Source of the DNA: Camelus dromedarius
Lineage: Eukaryota
Reading direction: 5' to 3'
Length of the DNA: 64,000 bases
Assembly: GCF_036321535.1 (NCBI RefSeq)
Contig: NC_087438.1
Coordinates: 6,760,001 to 6,824,000, forward strand
Part shown: positions 52,630 through 64,000 of the stretch, in pieces
How the letters are laid out: each line of letters begins with the position of its first letter
Numbering within the stretch: position 1 is the stretch's first letter
The notes under the pieces: generated by a model
The model's database searches: none
What the model was told of the DNA's origin: nothing
The model's input: only the letters and a program-made list of their open reading frames with translations
Made by a program: the position numbers and the translations under genes

Positions 52630-52910
52630 TCTTTGTGTGATCTCCTCGCCTCGTGGATGAGCTGGACCTCACTTGCTTCTAACGAGGAGACTGCAGCCAG
52701 AGTGAGGGTATGTCACTCCTGCGATTAGGTTACGCAAGACGGATTTTCTTCCTGTTCCCACTTTCTCTCTCTTTGGCTGTTCCGGCTTGTTTGCTCTGAG
52801 GAAACAAGCTGCCATTTTGTGAGCCCAGGGGCCAAGAAGCTGACGACGGCCTCTGGCCAATAGCCGGAGAGGAACTGAGGCCCCCACGCCCACAGCCCAG
52901 GAAGAGATTC
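52630..52910 (+). mobile_element. MaLR LTR fragment (MLT1E-like)
   Basis: cttgcttctaac...tgtcactcctgcgattaggttac...gaggaactgaggccc. Confidence 0.8.
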
Positions 52911-53914
52911 AGTGTAATTTTTTATGCAACAATCTCTAACGGACACATCTACATTTGGGCTCAATCTCTAAGAGATGGAAAGGCTGAATTTGCTGCTTTC
53001 TAGAGAAACTCAATGGGCAGCTTTTTTGCCAAAACACCGTCTACACTTTCCCTTGGAGCAAGGCTGTTGTGGAATGTTCTACTGAAAAACATAGAAACGC
53101 CAAGCGGCAGCATCACAGGCTGGCCGCAGACTTGCAAGGCAAGGCTCTAAATTCCCATATTCCTTTTCCTTATATCTAGTACCCGAGGTTCTATCTTCTT
53201 TCTTTCCACCGCCTGTGCTATTTTCTGTAAAACTGATCCCTCACACAACCCTCTGAGTTCACTGCAGAGAAATACCACCTGGGTTGTAAAATGTCAAAAG
53301 CACATGGTGAATGAGCAGGCAGATCCGTAGCCCACGGTGATGCCAAGGCTGGAAGACTGATGCTGGAATGTACCTGGCACCATCACTGCAGACGGGGCCC
53401 TGGACAGCTGCCCTCAGCTCGGCATTCCCTATGCTGCTTACGCAGAGGTGGTCATTCAAGCTGTGAAATGGCCCCACAGAGCAGCCCGCCACCATGTGCC
53501 TCTGCTGCACGACAAAGATTTGCCCAGTTCTCGAATGGGCATCCTGCCTCTGAAGCAGATGGACGTGAGTGAAAGCAGGATGGCGATCAGTCATGTGCAC
53601 AGAAGTATTTCAGTCTGGGGTCAAGTTGGCATTTGGGAGCTTGCCACCATCTGCTCTCCTAGGGCTCCAAGTTCGCAACTCCAGCTTGCAGATGGATCGA
53701 CATTTTAAAATTTCTTAAATCTTGGGTATAGTTTCAAGTGCACTGTTACTGTGGACTCTGAGGGACAAAATCTTATTACCCATCTTTGCATTGTGTCACG
53801 TAAACCCTACAGCACAATTTTTGTGAACAGAAGACAGTCAAATTGAAGAGAGGAGAAAACCTCAACTCCAGTCACTCTTACTCCCTGTGGTCCAGCCACG
53901 GACCATTTCTTATA

Positions 53915-54185
53915 CACCATTACAACCACCACCACCAGCAACAGAAATAAACTCACCAGCAGCTTCGCTTCCCCCCAAAACAACACATCTAACACCAACA
54001 ATGACAACAAAATCAACAACAAGACCACAACTATCACCACCACAGTCCCCCTCAGCAACAGCAAAGCCACCGTGGCCTCCACTAACCTCCACAACAAAGG
54101 CTCCACCACCGTCCCCACCAACAACACAACCACCGGCAACAACACAATTATCCTCACCAAAAACAGCAGCAAAAGCATCACCCCA
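53915..54185. repeat. Degenerate (CCA/ACA/GCA)n trinucleotide tract adjoining a MIR fragment
   Basis: Triplet periodicity gives the Thr/Pro-rich and Val/Leu-rich spurious ORFs; MIR-like text at ~54185-54270. Confidence 0.85.
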
Positions 54186-54289
54186 CGTTTCTCAGATGTC
54201 TTCTTTGTCAGGCACCGTACTTGAGTGAGTGTTGTGTGTGGATTATTGTACTTAATCCCTACTTACTACAGACCCTTTGAATGGCTTGT

Positions 54290-54620
54290 TCTCTCTCAGG
54301 CTTTAGAACTTTTGCACATTTCCTGCCTCTGCTGAAAACCCAGTATCTCGATCCTTTCACTCATCACACCACCACTTCTGAATCTTTGGCAAACTCTACT
54401 CATCCTTTAAAACTTGACTTAAGCATTTTAGGGAGAATCAGGTGCCCCTTGTCTATTGCCTGTAAACGGCTCTCTCACAGAGGTTATGATGTTGTAAGGG
54501 AATGACTTGTTTCCATGTGTTTCCTCCCACGGTGATTGAACTTCGTCAAGGAGAGGGATTGCCTCTTCCCATGTTTGTGGCTCAGAGTCAAGCACAACTA
54601 CACGCGGTTCACTGCAATGA
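54290..54620 (+). mobile_element. L2 3' fragment
   Basis: acttttgcacatttcctgcctctgctg...aaactctactcatccttt...ttgaacttcgtcaaggagaggga. Confidence 0.65.
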
Positions 54621-55019
54621 GCAGTGAGGCTGTATCGGGAGGATGCCAAAGGGGGAGGTAGAGCGGGTCAGAGAAACTTGTGTCTCTCACAATAGAAAGT
54701 TTATAGACAAAGTCTAATATTTACATATCAATAATGAGTGACAGAAGACATGTATTTAGAGATACAGACATAACTCTGATAGGAAACAGCTCAAAGAGTT
54801 AAAATAATTTTCCTGAGAGTGGATTGGGATTGAGAAGGGGGAGTAACCTGGAGATTCGTGCTTTACATTAGAAGCAGATAGAATTTGGAGAGCATATTTC
54901 CATATGAAAAGATACCCTCCTATTCACCAAATATCACACATTCCTGCCTTTTCTTTCTCTGTTATTATAACACTGTAGGCTCTCCAGTCACCAAGACCCT
55001 CAAGCTCCCAGGTCTCCAG

Positions 55020-55230
55020 CAGGAGGCAGCAAGGAGCGTGGGTTTGATGTCAGGTAGCTGTCTCAGCTCAGCCACTTACCAGCTGTGTGACACTAGGAAA
55101 TTCATTAACTTCTCTGAACCTCAGTCTATACATCTATGCAGTGAGGATGACACTTCCTAGCTGATGAGATTCTTGTGGGAATTCAACGAGGAGATAGATG
55201 CAAAATGCTTAGCATAAATTAGGGGTACAA
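55020..55230 (+). mobile_element. MIR SINE
   Basis: gccacttaccagctgtgtgacactagg...ttctctgaacctcagt. Confidence 0.88.
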
Positions 55231-55374
55231 CATGTGAATGGGTGCTTTCCCTGCATCCCCCCAAAAGTACCAGCACCAGCTCTGCAATGCTGATGGATCA
55301 CCTGCCAGCGAGACTCCACCTGGCTTGTGTACGGCTGATTTTTTTGAATATTCATAGTGGCCTTTAATTGAAAT

Positions 55375-55733
55375 TTTTTTTAATCTTATTTTTTATTGAA
55401 GTGTAGTTGATTTACAATGTTAGTTTAAGGTGTACAGCAAAGCGATTCAGTTATACATATACACACATATATATTTTTTTTCAGATTATTTTCCATTCTA
55501 GCTTATTACGAGAAACTGAATATAGTTCCCTGTGCTGTACAGTAGGTCCTGTTGTTGCTTTTCTATTTTACATGCAGTAGTGTGTGTCTGATAATCCCAA
55601 GCTGGTAATTCATCCCTCCTCATCCTTTCTCCTTTGGTAATCATAGTTTGTTTTCTATGTCTGTGAGTCTATTTCTAATTTGTAAATAAAATTTGTATCT
55701 TTTTTTAGATTCCATATATAAATGATATCATAT
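55375..55733 (-). mobile_element. Artiodactyl/camelid L1 3' end
   Basis: ttttattgaagtgtagttgatttacaatgtt...gaatatagttccctgtgctgtacagtaggtcct...tagattccatatataaatgatatcata. Confidence 0.93.
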
Positions 55734-55909
55734 GTTACTGAAGTTTTTAAACCCTGTTTTCCCTTAGCTTTACCATTGACTCCCATGCGTGTGTTGTACC
55801 AACTTCTCTAACAACAGTTTTTGCTTTTGTGGCGATCCCTGCCACAGCTGCTTTCTCTGCTTTAATTCGCTCTGCGCCCGGCCCACCTTTCCCTGTGCTT
55901 CCTTCTGGA

Positions 55910-56115
55910 GGGGAGTTTCTCCACCCCGGCACTGCTGACCCTCTGGCCGGATCCTTCTTTGCTGTGGGGCTGCCTTGTGCTTTGCAGGATGTTGAGCAGC
56001 ATCCCCAGTCTTTGCCTAGGACATGCCAGTAGGACACGGCAGGCTGTGACTATGAAAAATATCTGCAGCCAGATGTCGCTTGGAGGGCAAAATTGCCCTT
56101 GGTTGAGAACCGCGG
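55910..56115 (-). mobile_element. MER20 hAT-Charlie element
   Basis: tttctccaccccggcactgctgac...gcagcatcccc...ggcaaaattgcccttggttgagaacc. Confidence 0.88.
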
Positions 56116-56645
56116 TTCTGGAACTGGGCTTTGTCCCAGAGCACGTGCTGTTTGGCCTCAGCCCCTCGCCTTCTCTGGCCCAGGCTTCCCAAGCCCTGTA
56201 AATGCCCCACTGGGATCTGCTGCCTCACTAGGAACAAGGAGGTGGGGGGACCCTCCACCTGCCCTCACAGCTGCGGGTGCCCCCTGGCGGCACTGGTCAG
56301 GGTGGACCCACCTGGTATGACGCTCCCAGGGGCGGAGCCCATTCAGCCTGCCCGGGGCTCTCCAGCAGGGCCACGCCCAGGAAAATGCTCTGGGTTTATT
56401 TCATTAAAACGAGAGGCAATGTAAAAAGAAAAGAAACGCGGGCATCTGCAAGACAGAGACCCCCCCCCCATCTATTCACATCTGCAGAGAGACGTCCACG
56501 TGTGAGTGGAGCGCGCTGACCGCCACCAGCACCGACGGGCAGACTGAGGCCACCGTCAGGAGATCCGGGTCAGGGGTCTTCAGGTTCCCCAAGGGGGTCG
56601 GAGGTCAGTATCAGGCCGCTCGTTACACCTCCTGCATACACCTCC

Positions 56646-56786
56646 TGTTAGCATTAGGGTGATGATATATAAAACTAGAGAGCTAATTAAAAACACAATT
56701 ATTAGGGTATGATCATGAAAATATAGTAATTCTTCTATAATAGGGGAGGTAGCGTCTTGGAAGCCTAGTTGAAAAGGATACGGCAT
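56646..56786 (-). pseudogene. COX2: NUMT fragment of cytochrome c oxidase subunit II, codons 1-47
   Basis: From ATG at 56786, in mitochondrial code: [47 protein letters not shown]. Homology stops where TKLTH would follow. Confidence 0.97.
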
Positions 56787-56853
56787 AGAGATATACAGGG
56801 CTTTCACCTGTAACTTAGCCTTGACAAGGCTATGTAAATTTTCCTAATATCTC
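56787..56853 (-). pseudogene. trnD: mitochondrial tRNA-Asp (GTC) copy within NUMT
   Basis: Acceptor GAGATAT/ATATCTC, anticodon arm TAGCC-TTGTCAA-GGCTA, T-arm ACAGG/CCTGT; directly upstream of COX2 ATG. Confidence 0.95.
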
Positions 56854-56859
56854 TAGATC

Positions 56860-56928
56860 GAGAAAGTTATAGTGGCTATAGGGTTGGCTTGAAACCAATT
56901 AGAGAGGGTTCGATTCCTTCCTTTCTTA
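56860..56928 (+). pseudogene. trnS1: mitochondrial tRNA-Ser(UCN), anticodon TGA, copy within NUMT
   Basis: GAGAAAG...GGTTGGCTTGAAACCAA...GGGTTCGATTCCTTCCTTTCTTA, on the strand opposite COX1/COX2 as in mtDNA. Confidence 0.95.
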
Positions 56929-56929
56929 C

Positions 56930-56960
56930 TTACTTTAGGTTAATATAGGTTGGTTCCTCA
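56930..56960 (-). pseudogene. COX1: NUMT fragment: last 9 codons plus stop of cytochrome c oxidase subunit I
   Basis: GAG GAA CCA ACC TAT ATT AAC CTA AAG TAA = EEPTYINLK*, matching the mammalian COX1 C-terminus. Confidence 0.92.
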
Positions 56961-58472
56961 GGTTTGTGAGGACTGGAGCTTTGGGGCACTCCTTTCATGA
57001 GTGGAGACTTGCAAGTCTGTGACCTGGGGGGCCTCCCTTCCTCTTCCTCTTACCTTAAAATGACTCTTCTCAACAGCGTATGTATGAAAGATGAAACTTT
57101 ACAATCCCTGCTTACATACAAATTAATATCACTTACAAATATATTTGAAAAGCCCCTTAGGGGAAAAAATGCCCCTGCCCAGTCCTAGGGGAAGCCTTCG
57201 TATTGGATTTATAGATAAAGAAAGTGTACCGTCCCAACAAGGGAGCACTGGGAATGGAGCAGAGTGCCCTCCTTCATCCCTTCAGAATGACCTCCTGACC
57301 TTTGACCTGTGGCCACGGAATGCCTCTCAGACCGTCTCCTGCGGGCCTGTGGCTGAGAATCACAGTCACACCTTTGCAGAAAGCCTTGCCTGTGAAGACC
57401 TAAGGAAGAAACAGCTCCTCCCTCTGTGTCAGGAGGAGCAGCATTGTCCTGATTAGTCTACGCCTTCTCAAAATTCAACTCTGAGTCTGATTGCATTTGC
57501 ATCTTCTGTTCCGCCGCATCAGCCCAGAACTGAATTTGCTATTCACTCCTCCTGGGTGCAAGACTGTCTGACCTGCCAGGAGACCCTTCTTCTGGCTCTG
57601 TTTTAATTTCAGACCCCTTCTCTTTTATTTGACTTTCTAAAAATGCTTCTTGTAGATATTCCTAAATTTTTTATGACGTTGAACTATTGTATCTTCTCAA
57701 GTCGTTTTCTGTCTTCCTTTGCAAGGAGTTAGACTATAAATAAATTACTCAATATGCAAAAAGAAAATGTTTTCCCGATTTTTATTTCCAAGGGGAAAAA
57801 AAACCTGTTTAAATTCTGCCCTACCGTGTGTGGACTACAAATGTAGTCTCTGTGTTTCGAAGCAGCCTTTCCGACGAGACTAGGGTTTTCTGATGAGCCG
57901 TGGAGGCAAATTATCTCCTTGTGCAGAATACAGGTAATAAGTGACAAGTCCCTGACATCAATGACCTCATTTCTTCAACATGACTTTTCCTTCAGGGACT
58001 TTTACAAGCAAGTGTGATGGTATGGCTTCAGGGCCAGATCCTAAGTGCATACCATGTGCGGCCACCTGGCTAGACGCTGGCAGAAGAGTTCAAAATGGTT
58101 CTGGAGAAGCGTTGTTCGGAAGACCTTGCCATTTAGGAAAAAAATATGAATTGCGATATAATTCTTCCAGAGCAGTGATAAGAGCAATAAATTCAGGATT
58201 ATAGAATTCCAAGAAGATAGACCTTAAGCCCTGGAGTCAGGGAGGCATTTCATCAGGCAGTCCATTTTGGACATGCTTGTGGGACTTAGTAACGAGCAGC
58301 CAGGAGGGCCCCTGGGTTACTAGTGAGACGCCCAAACCCATGGTGCACGCAGTGATGGAGAGGGCCTCCCGAGAGAATGAGGTGAACTAGGTGGTGGAAT
58401 CCTAGAATCTACTGGGTCTGATTTCTTGTAGATTTTCCAAATTTAAAACTGGGACTTCTGTAGGGAGTGGAA

Positions 58473-58560
58473 GGTAGGGATAGCTCACGGGTAGGGCGCG
58501 TGCGCAGCGTGCAAGAGGTCCTGGGTTCAATCCCCAATGCCTCTATGAAAGGGGAAAAAG
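58473..58560 (+). mobile_element. Diverged tRNA-derived SINE (Vic-1 type)
   Basis: gggatagctcacgggtagggcgcgtgcgcagcgtgcaagaggtcctgggttcaatcccc; A-box and B-box remnants, A-rich end. Confidence 0.85.
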
Positions 58561-61500
58561 TGGAGCTTTCAACCAGAGGTGCTAAACAGTAAGGCTTCAT
58601 CAAGCAATTCTTCTTGCGATAGGAGCGCATGAGTCAGCACGATGCCTTCTCTGTAGAATTCTCTCGGAAGACCTGAGTGCACGCTGGGGCACCTACCTAC
58701 GGATGGAGTTTTTCATGTTATCCGTGAGCAGCTGAGGGACACATTTTCAGTGTTTAAAGCAGGATCTGCAAATTGTCTTGCTCCGTCACTTCGGGACGGA
58801 TGACCCAATTGCTTCCCATCAGAGGTAAAGCAGTAATTTCAAATTCTGGACACAGCAATTCCTGAGCCCCAGATGACACCAAAGAAACTGCGCAATTGCT
58901 CCAGTAGCCCTGGGTGACCTCGCCTGCACTGCTTAAGTGCTTTGTTTACACCCTCTTATCACGCTTTTCACATCGAGGCAGCTTATTTTTTTTATTGCTT
59001 CCTGAATTATTAGGCCTTAACAAAACGAGTTATTGTCTTACACTCACCTATGCTTCCTAAGACCATCAGAAAGCGGACATTCAATAAACGGTCACTGAAC
59101 AAACAGAGCTGATGGAAGAGTGAGACGACTTGTCTCAGACAACACTTGTCAGTGTTAACTGACATTGCCCCTCCGTATTTGCTTGGACTTTTTATCCTTT
59201 CACCCTATTGTGGAAACTAGAAAGAGCAGAATTCACGAGCTCGGGTGAGTAACGTCGTAGCAGAAAGCCATGAGAATGTTCTGGAGTTTTACAAGCCTAG
59301 GCTCCAAGCTGAGAAGCCTGTCTACCCTTGCCACCCGGGAGAGAGAAGGAAGCCCAGGCTGCAGCGAAAACAGTCAGCGCGAAAGCAGCAGGAGCTGAGA
59401 TGCTGGGAGAGTTTTGAGCAAAGGATGGTATCCGTGCTCTCCCCAGTCCAAGCCTTAGGGGTGCAGACAAGGATTCCAGAGGGGCTGGGGGTTTGAGTCC
59501 GGCTCCATGTAGATGCTAAGGAAGCAGCAAGACCTAGAGTTGAAATGCTTAAGTGAGGTATCTTGCTGGAAGGACCAAAGAAGACTTGCAGAGTTCCCAG
59601 GACCCCACTGAGGTGCAGGGACAGCTGAATACTCTGTGCACCCAAGCATGGCATGGACATCACTGCACTTAGCCTCGTGGGGGTTTCTCTGGCCCAGGGT
59701 GTGTGTGGGCAGAGGCAGAATGAACCCTGGGGACAGCTGTGAGACAGTCAGGCCGACAGATGTGGCATGCAGAGATGCAGGATGATACAGAGACATGGGG
59801 GGCTTGGAAAGCCAAGACCCGAGATACAACAGGAGGTGCAGAGGATTCTGGACATGTAAGTGCCAGATGATAAATTCTCTTCCATCTTCTCTTGCAGTCC
59901 TCCTAGAACTTAAATAAGACTCCAGAAACCTGGGGACAACCCCAAGCTGATGAACACATCTACCACCCCAATGCAATGGAGTCACAAAAGTAAATTATAG
60001 GAAAACAAAGAAATACCATTTTTTGCACATCGAGACAGTGAAGATTGAAATCTATCCACGTGCAATGAACAACTATGTCAGCTGAAATACACAAAGGAAG
60101 TGTCATCAGATCTGATTTTAGCCACAGCTGTCCTTGGTATCATAACTGAGACATTTGAAAAATAGTGGAGGAAACAAACAAAGGTCCAACACAACATTCT
60201 ATTTACACGGTACTTTCACTCCTGGAAAGCCAAGTGCTTGTAGACAAAATAGTCCAACCTTCCTTACGCTGCCACCGCAGAACAATGCCACTGAGGGCCT
60301 TGTGTTCCCATGTGTTCAAGGGAGAACCTAGAACAGGACTCTAAGAAGGCTGGTAGAAGTCGAATTTGCACGAAACTAATTTATTCTGGATTTTGGAAGC
60401 GTGTGGTCCATTCTGTGTGGATTAAGTAGAGAATGCAAAGTGGGAGCTGCTGGGATGCAGGGGCGTTGGGAAGAGAGGGGCGTCCTGCATGAGCCCAGGC
60501 CAAGGAAGGCGGAGGAGGGGGGAGCAGGCACACCTGAAAGGAGAGCTTGCATCCTCTTCTGGCCCGTTCCCTGCCCTGAGTGCCAAGACTCGGGGGCCAG
60601 GAGTTTGAAAGACCCAACACACGTGCTTCTGGGAGGAAATCAGAGGCTTCCCAGAACCCAGATCAAGAAGAATGCCTGGGAAGTTGTACGGAAGCTTCTA
60701 GAAACTAAAGGCAGCAAAAGGCCCTTCCTGAACCGGTTGCCTCTCCAGGGTAGAGTAGTGAGTTAAATTGGAGACATGAAGGAGCAAGTGGGCACGTGCA
60801 TTTCTTTGAAAGTTGTTTTAAAATCTGCTTTTTCCTGCAACTCTCCTAAAGTTCAGTGACTAATGATCAGTGGCCTCTTATTGCAAAGAAATGTCTACAC
60901 TGTCATCCTCCACAACTCACCTGACAGAAAGAACAAGACTATCTGCCAATATGTGGGCTGACCCAGTGACCCCTGTGCTGTAAGTGGAGGGGGTATCATG
61001 TTTTAGTTGCAGTTTACTGAGCAGTGTTAAGCTTCTTTTTCCCCCCTTTTCTCACTGTTCATGGTGATACCCATGGAGATTTTCCTGTAATTTTTGTAAC
61101 GGAACCATGCCAATGTTACCATGGCGGAAGGTGAGAGAAAGGAAGCAAGAATTCAGAAGAGGAAATTCTAGGAGAGGAAATTTAGAGTTTATAAAAATAT
61201 TAATACCAACTCGTTATTTTTATTTTTAAGGCATCCTGTATAACGTACCAATATAAAATCATAGGATATAGTGGTAATGATTGCTATTCTTCTATGTATA
61301 TCTTTAGATGCTAATTTTGAAAGGCACATAAAGATGATTTATATATATATGGATTCTAAATGTCACTGTGACATGAAGTGGAGGCTCAGACAGAACCAAG
61401 AGAAAAATTTTACCTTGGGCTCTTTTATCCAAGGTTTGTGTCTCCACCATCACTGTCTCTGTAACTCCCATAGTGAGTTTGCCAGGTAGGCTCAGGGAAG

Positions 61501-61987
61501 AAGCACCTGGTCTACACATAAAGGGAAACTGAGACAAAAGCTTCATCTTCACAAGATGACCTTTTGGAAAGTGCAAGGCTTGGCATCTGATGTGTTGTAT
61601 GTGCAGCTACAAAGCAGCTCATATACGCAGGTGTGTGGCATCTGTGTAGGTAAACCAATGAGGTACCGACCACAGAGGGGGCTCAGAGTAGGATGGAGCC
61701 ATGGGAATAAGGTGAGGATGGGAAGGAAATGTGTTTCAGAGGCAAAAACCGAAGGCTAGAGTGCCTTCAAGGATTCTGGTTTTAATAACTGGTGGATTAT
61801 TGAAAGAAAGGACAGATGGGTGGTTGGATGGGTGGGTGGATGGATGAATAAACAAACAAATATGTAAAGTTAGTAACAGTAAAGGAGAGTGAGTCTTCAA
61901 GGTGCAAAATAATTCACTAAGCATGTTTCTCCTGTACCAGTTCCAGACAAACAAGTCAGTATGATTTTACACATACATATAAAAGGC

Positions 61988-62097
61988 CCTGACTCTAGCC
62001 CAACCATAGCCCTAACCCTAATTGTAGCCATAGCCCCCAACTCATCCCTCAACCTAGCTGTCAGCCAAGCCCTAAATTTACCTCTAACCCTAACCGA
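61988..62097 (-). repeat. Degenerate telomere-like (CCCTAA)n tract
   Basis: Approximately hexameric units ccctga, ctctag, ccatag, ccctaa ccctaa ... ctctaa ccctaa. Confidence 0.65.
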
Positions 62098-62098
62098 A

Positions 62099-62100
<2 letters not shown>

Positions 62101-62150
<50 letters not shown>
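62101..62150. repeat. Perfect (AT)25 microsatellite
   Basis: Direct reading. Confidence 0.97.
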
Positions 62151-62153
<3 letters not shown>

Positions 62154-62502
62154 TGAATTAGCTCACATCCTTGGGGCCACTGACAGATTTGACATTTTTA
62201 AGGCAGGCCAGCAGGCTGGGAACTCAGACAGAAACTGGTATTGTAGCATTGAGGCAAAATTTCTTCTTCCTAGGGAACCCTCAGGGTTATGTTTTGTTTT
62301 TTCCTTTCAAAACTTTCAACGGACGGGACGAGGCCCACCCACATTACTGAAGACGATCGCCGTCACTCACCGTCAGCTGACTGTAGATGTGAACCACATC
62401 AAACAGACACAAAGCCCTTCAGAGCAGTACTGAGATTATTGTTTGATTAAATAGCTGGATACTGTAGCCTAGCCAAGTTGACCTGTAAAAATAAGCATCA
62501 CA
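62101..62502 (-). mobile_element. ERVL LTR (MLT2D-like), lacking its 3' terminus
   Basis: gaattagctcac...ggcaggccagcaggctgg...gaggcccacccacatta...gcctagccaagttgac...catcaca. Confidence 0.88.
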
Positions 62503-62554
62503 GCTCAAAATAATTGTGTGATAGAAACCATTAGACATCACTAATAGTACAACT

Positions 62555-62775
62555 CAGGGATCAGCAGACTACGTCAGCGGGCCCACTCCTGCCCCCTGCC
62601 TGTTGCTGTGAATAGCATTTTTTTGGAAGACAGCCACGCCCACTCATATGGGCATCATCAAGGGCTGCTTCTGTGTGACAACTGCAGAGTTGACTATTTG
62701 TGACAGAGACCAAATGGCCTGCGAAGCAAAAATATTTACTACCTGACCCTTTACAGAAGAAGCTGGGGGAGCTAC
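62555..62775 (+). mobile_element. MER58A-like hAT-Charlie element
   Basis: cagggatcagcagactac...acagccacgcccactc...aaaatatttactacctgaccctttacagaa. Confidence 0.9.
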
Positions 62776-63579
62776 TCAAGCAGGGGAGCTGCGATTGCTC
62801 AGCGAAAATGTTCAGGATTCAAATAGTCAGTAGGTCGGAACCCAGGGAAGATCTGGGGAGATTTTAAACAAAGAGTCAACCATGACATTGGGAAAGAAAC
62901 CTGAAGCATCTGCATTTGGCTTCAAAGCAGCTCACAGTCTGGCACTGCGCCGCTGTCCCTGCAGTGCTCAAAAATGGAAGCCTGGGGCCTCTGGACAGAA
63001 GGCTGACCCGTAAGAAGTCTCACACAGGACGTAGCACCCAGAATGCAAACCCTGGTCAACTCGCTTGGTTTTCTCAAGTAACAACTGGTTCAGGTTTTCA
63101 CCTAATTTTTAAGCAGCTTATCATCATCTAGAAAAGATGGGGAAATAACCTTCAAAAACCTGTATGCTTTTTTTCTGATAAGAACATATTATGACATTTA
63201 AAATTTTAATGAAGTGGTTTTCCCACATAATTATTCCTCAGTTTTGTCTACCACTTGATATCTTAAAATATTTTGTCTTATCAGTGGAAACTCCCTCTTC
63301 CCCCACACCACCATTTCTTTTTTTGGAATAAACTTTGCTGAAACAAACTAACTCTGATCTCTCAATTTGTCACCCTGTATCTGAACCAAAATCATGTTTG
63401 TTGAGAACCTCCTTTAAGTACCAAATGAAAGGAAAATTTATAGTTTTTTTTTAATTGCGAAGGTATTATATAGACACGTGAGAAAATGAAATTAATTTTT
63501 ACAAAAGACAAAACTATCCTGAAATGCTTGATCCAGTAAAATTAACTCTGATACTTTATCTCCATGTGTTCTAGCTACC

Positions 63580-63765
63580 CTTAGTATTTACCTAGTGCTC
63601 TGGGATGTGTTTGGCATATAAAATCCTGTAATCCCTAGAGAAATCCCGGGAGATGCATACATTTTTATCTTGGGTTTATAGATGAGAAACCAAGCCGGGC
63701 TCGAAGCCAGGCCCACCTCCTCCACAGTGTGAAGCATTGTCCCTAACTGAGCAGAAGCTGCTATT
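63580..63765 (-). mobile_element. MIR fragment
   Basis: ggtttatagatgagaaaccaag. Confidence 0.6.
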
Positions 63766-64000
63766 CCAAAATCATCAATTATATGATGGTATCCCTCTTG
63801 ACTGAATTGAATAGCGTTTGTTTTTCTTTAGGAATGTAATTTTAAAGACTGTATGATTTCATTGAAGAACCCACACCATTACCTCACATAACGGAAGTAT
63901 GGTTGTCATTATGCTCTATATGTAGAGCTGGAAGCAACCTCTTTCCCTCCAGTATTCATTCCACGTTCTCTGACAGGGACAGAAACACAGGAACTCAGCA

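Larger units (their letters stand above)
56646..56960 (-). other. NUMT (nuclear copy of mtDNA: COX1 3' end - tRNA-Ser(UCN) - tRNA-Asp - COX2 5' end)
   Basis: Canonical vertebrate mitochondrial gene order and strandedness, embedded in nuclear repeat-rich DNA and truncated at both ends. Confidence 0.97.

Noticed and set aside
53887..54228. Mucin-like Thr/Pro-rich ORF (and antisense hydrophobic ORF 53807-54181)
   Set aside because: Explained by a degenerate (CCA/ACA)n tract beside a MIR fragment. It has no ATG start, signal peptide or neighbouring exons that I can recognise
56787..56928. Functional tRNA genes
   Set aside because: Mitochondrial-type tRNAs inside a truncated NUMT, with a D-stem mismatch in trnD; treated as pseudogenes
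59455..59985. 176-aa minus-strand ORF
   Set aside because: No recognisable homology or exon structure
1..64000. CRISPR arrays, operons or other prokaryotic-type systems
   Set aside because: Sequence is mammalian nuclear DNA; I saw no regularly spaced repeat-spacer array or gene-dense coding region

Overview
Eutherian nuclear DNA, most likely camelid. The evidence is two tRNA-Ala-derived Vic-1-type SINEs, artiodactyl-type L1 3' ends and no ruminant or pig SINEs. The window looks intergenic or intronic. I recognise no nuclear protein-coding exon, and the ORF track is mostly noise from repeats. Much of the window is ancient interspersed repeat (L1M, L2, MIR, MaLR/ERVL solo LTRs, hAT MERs). The clearest feature is a ~315-bp NUMT at 56646-56960 (COX1 3' end, tRNA-Ser(UCN), tRNA-Asp, first 47 codons of COX2), with an 11-bp duplication at its junction and a CpG/GC-box-rich flank. 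Other notable items are a fold-back templated insertion copied from ~1.76 kb away, a CpG-rich L2 remnant with GC-box/NRF1/CRE-like motifs and a splice donor, a twin-primed inverted L1, two LTR families sharing one target site, and a telomere-like tract next to (AT)25. I found no convincing novel multi-gene system. Repeat subfamily names come from recalled consensus sequences and repeat boundaries are approximate.
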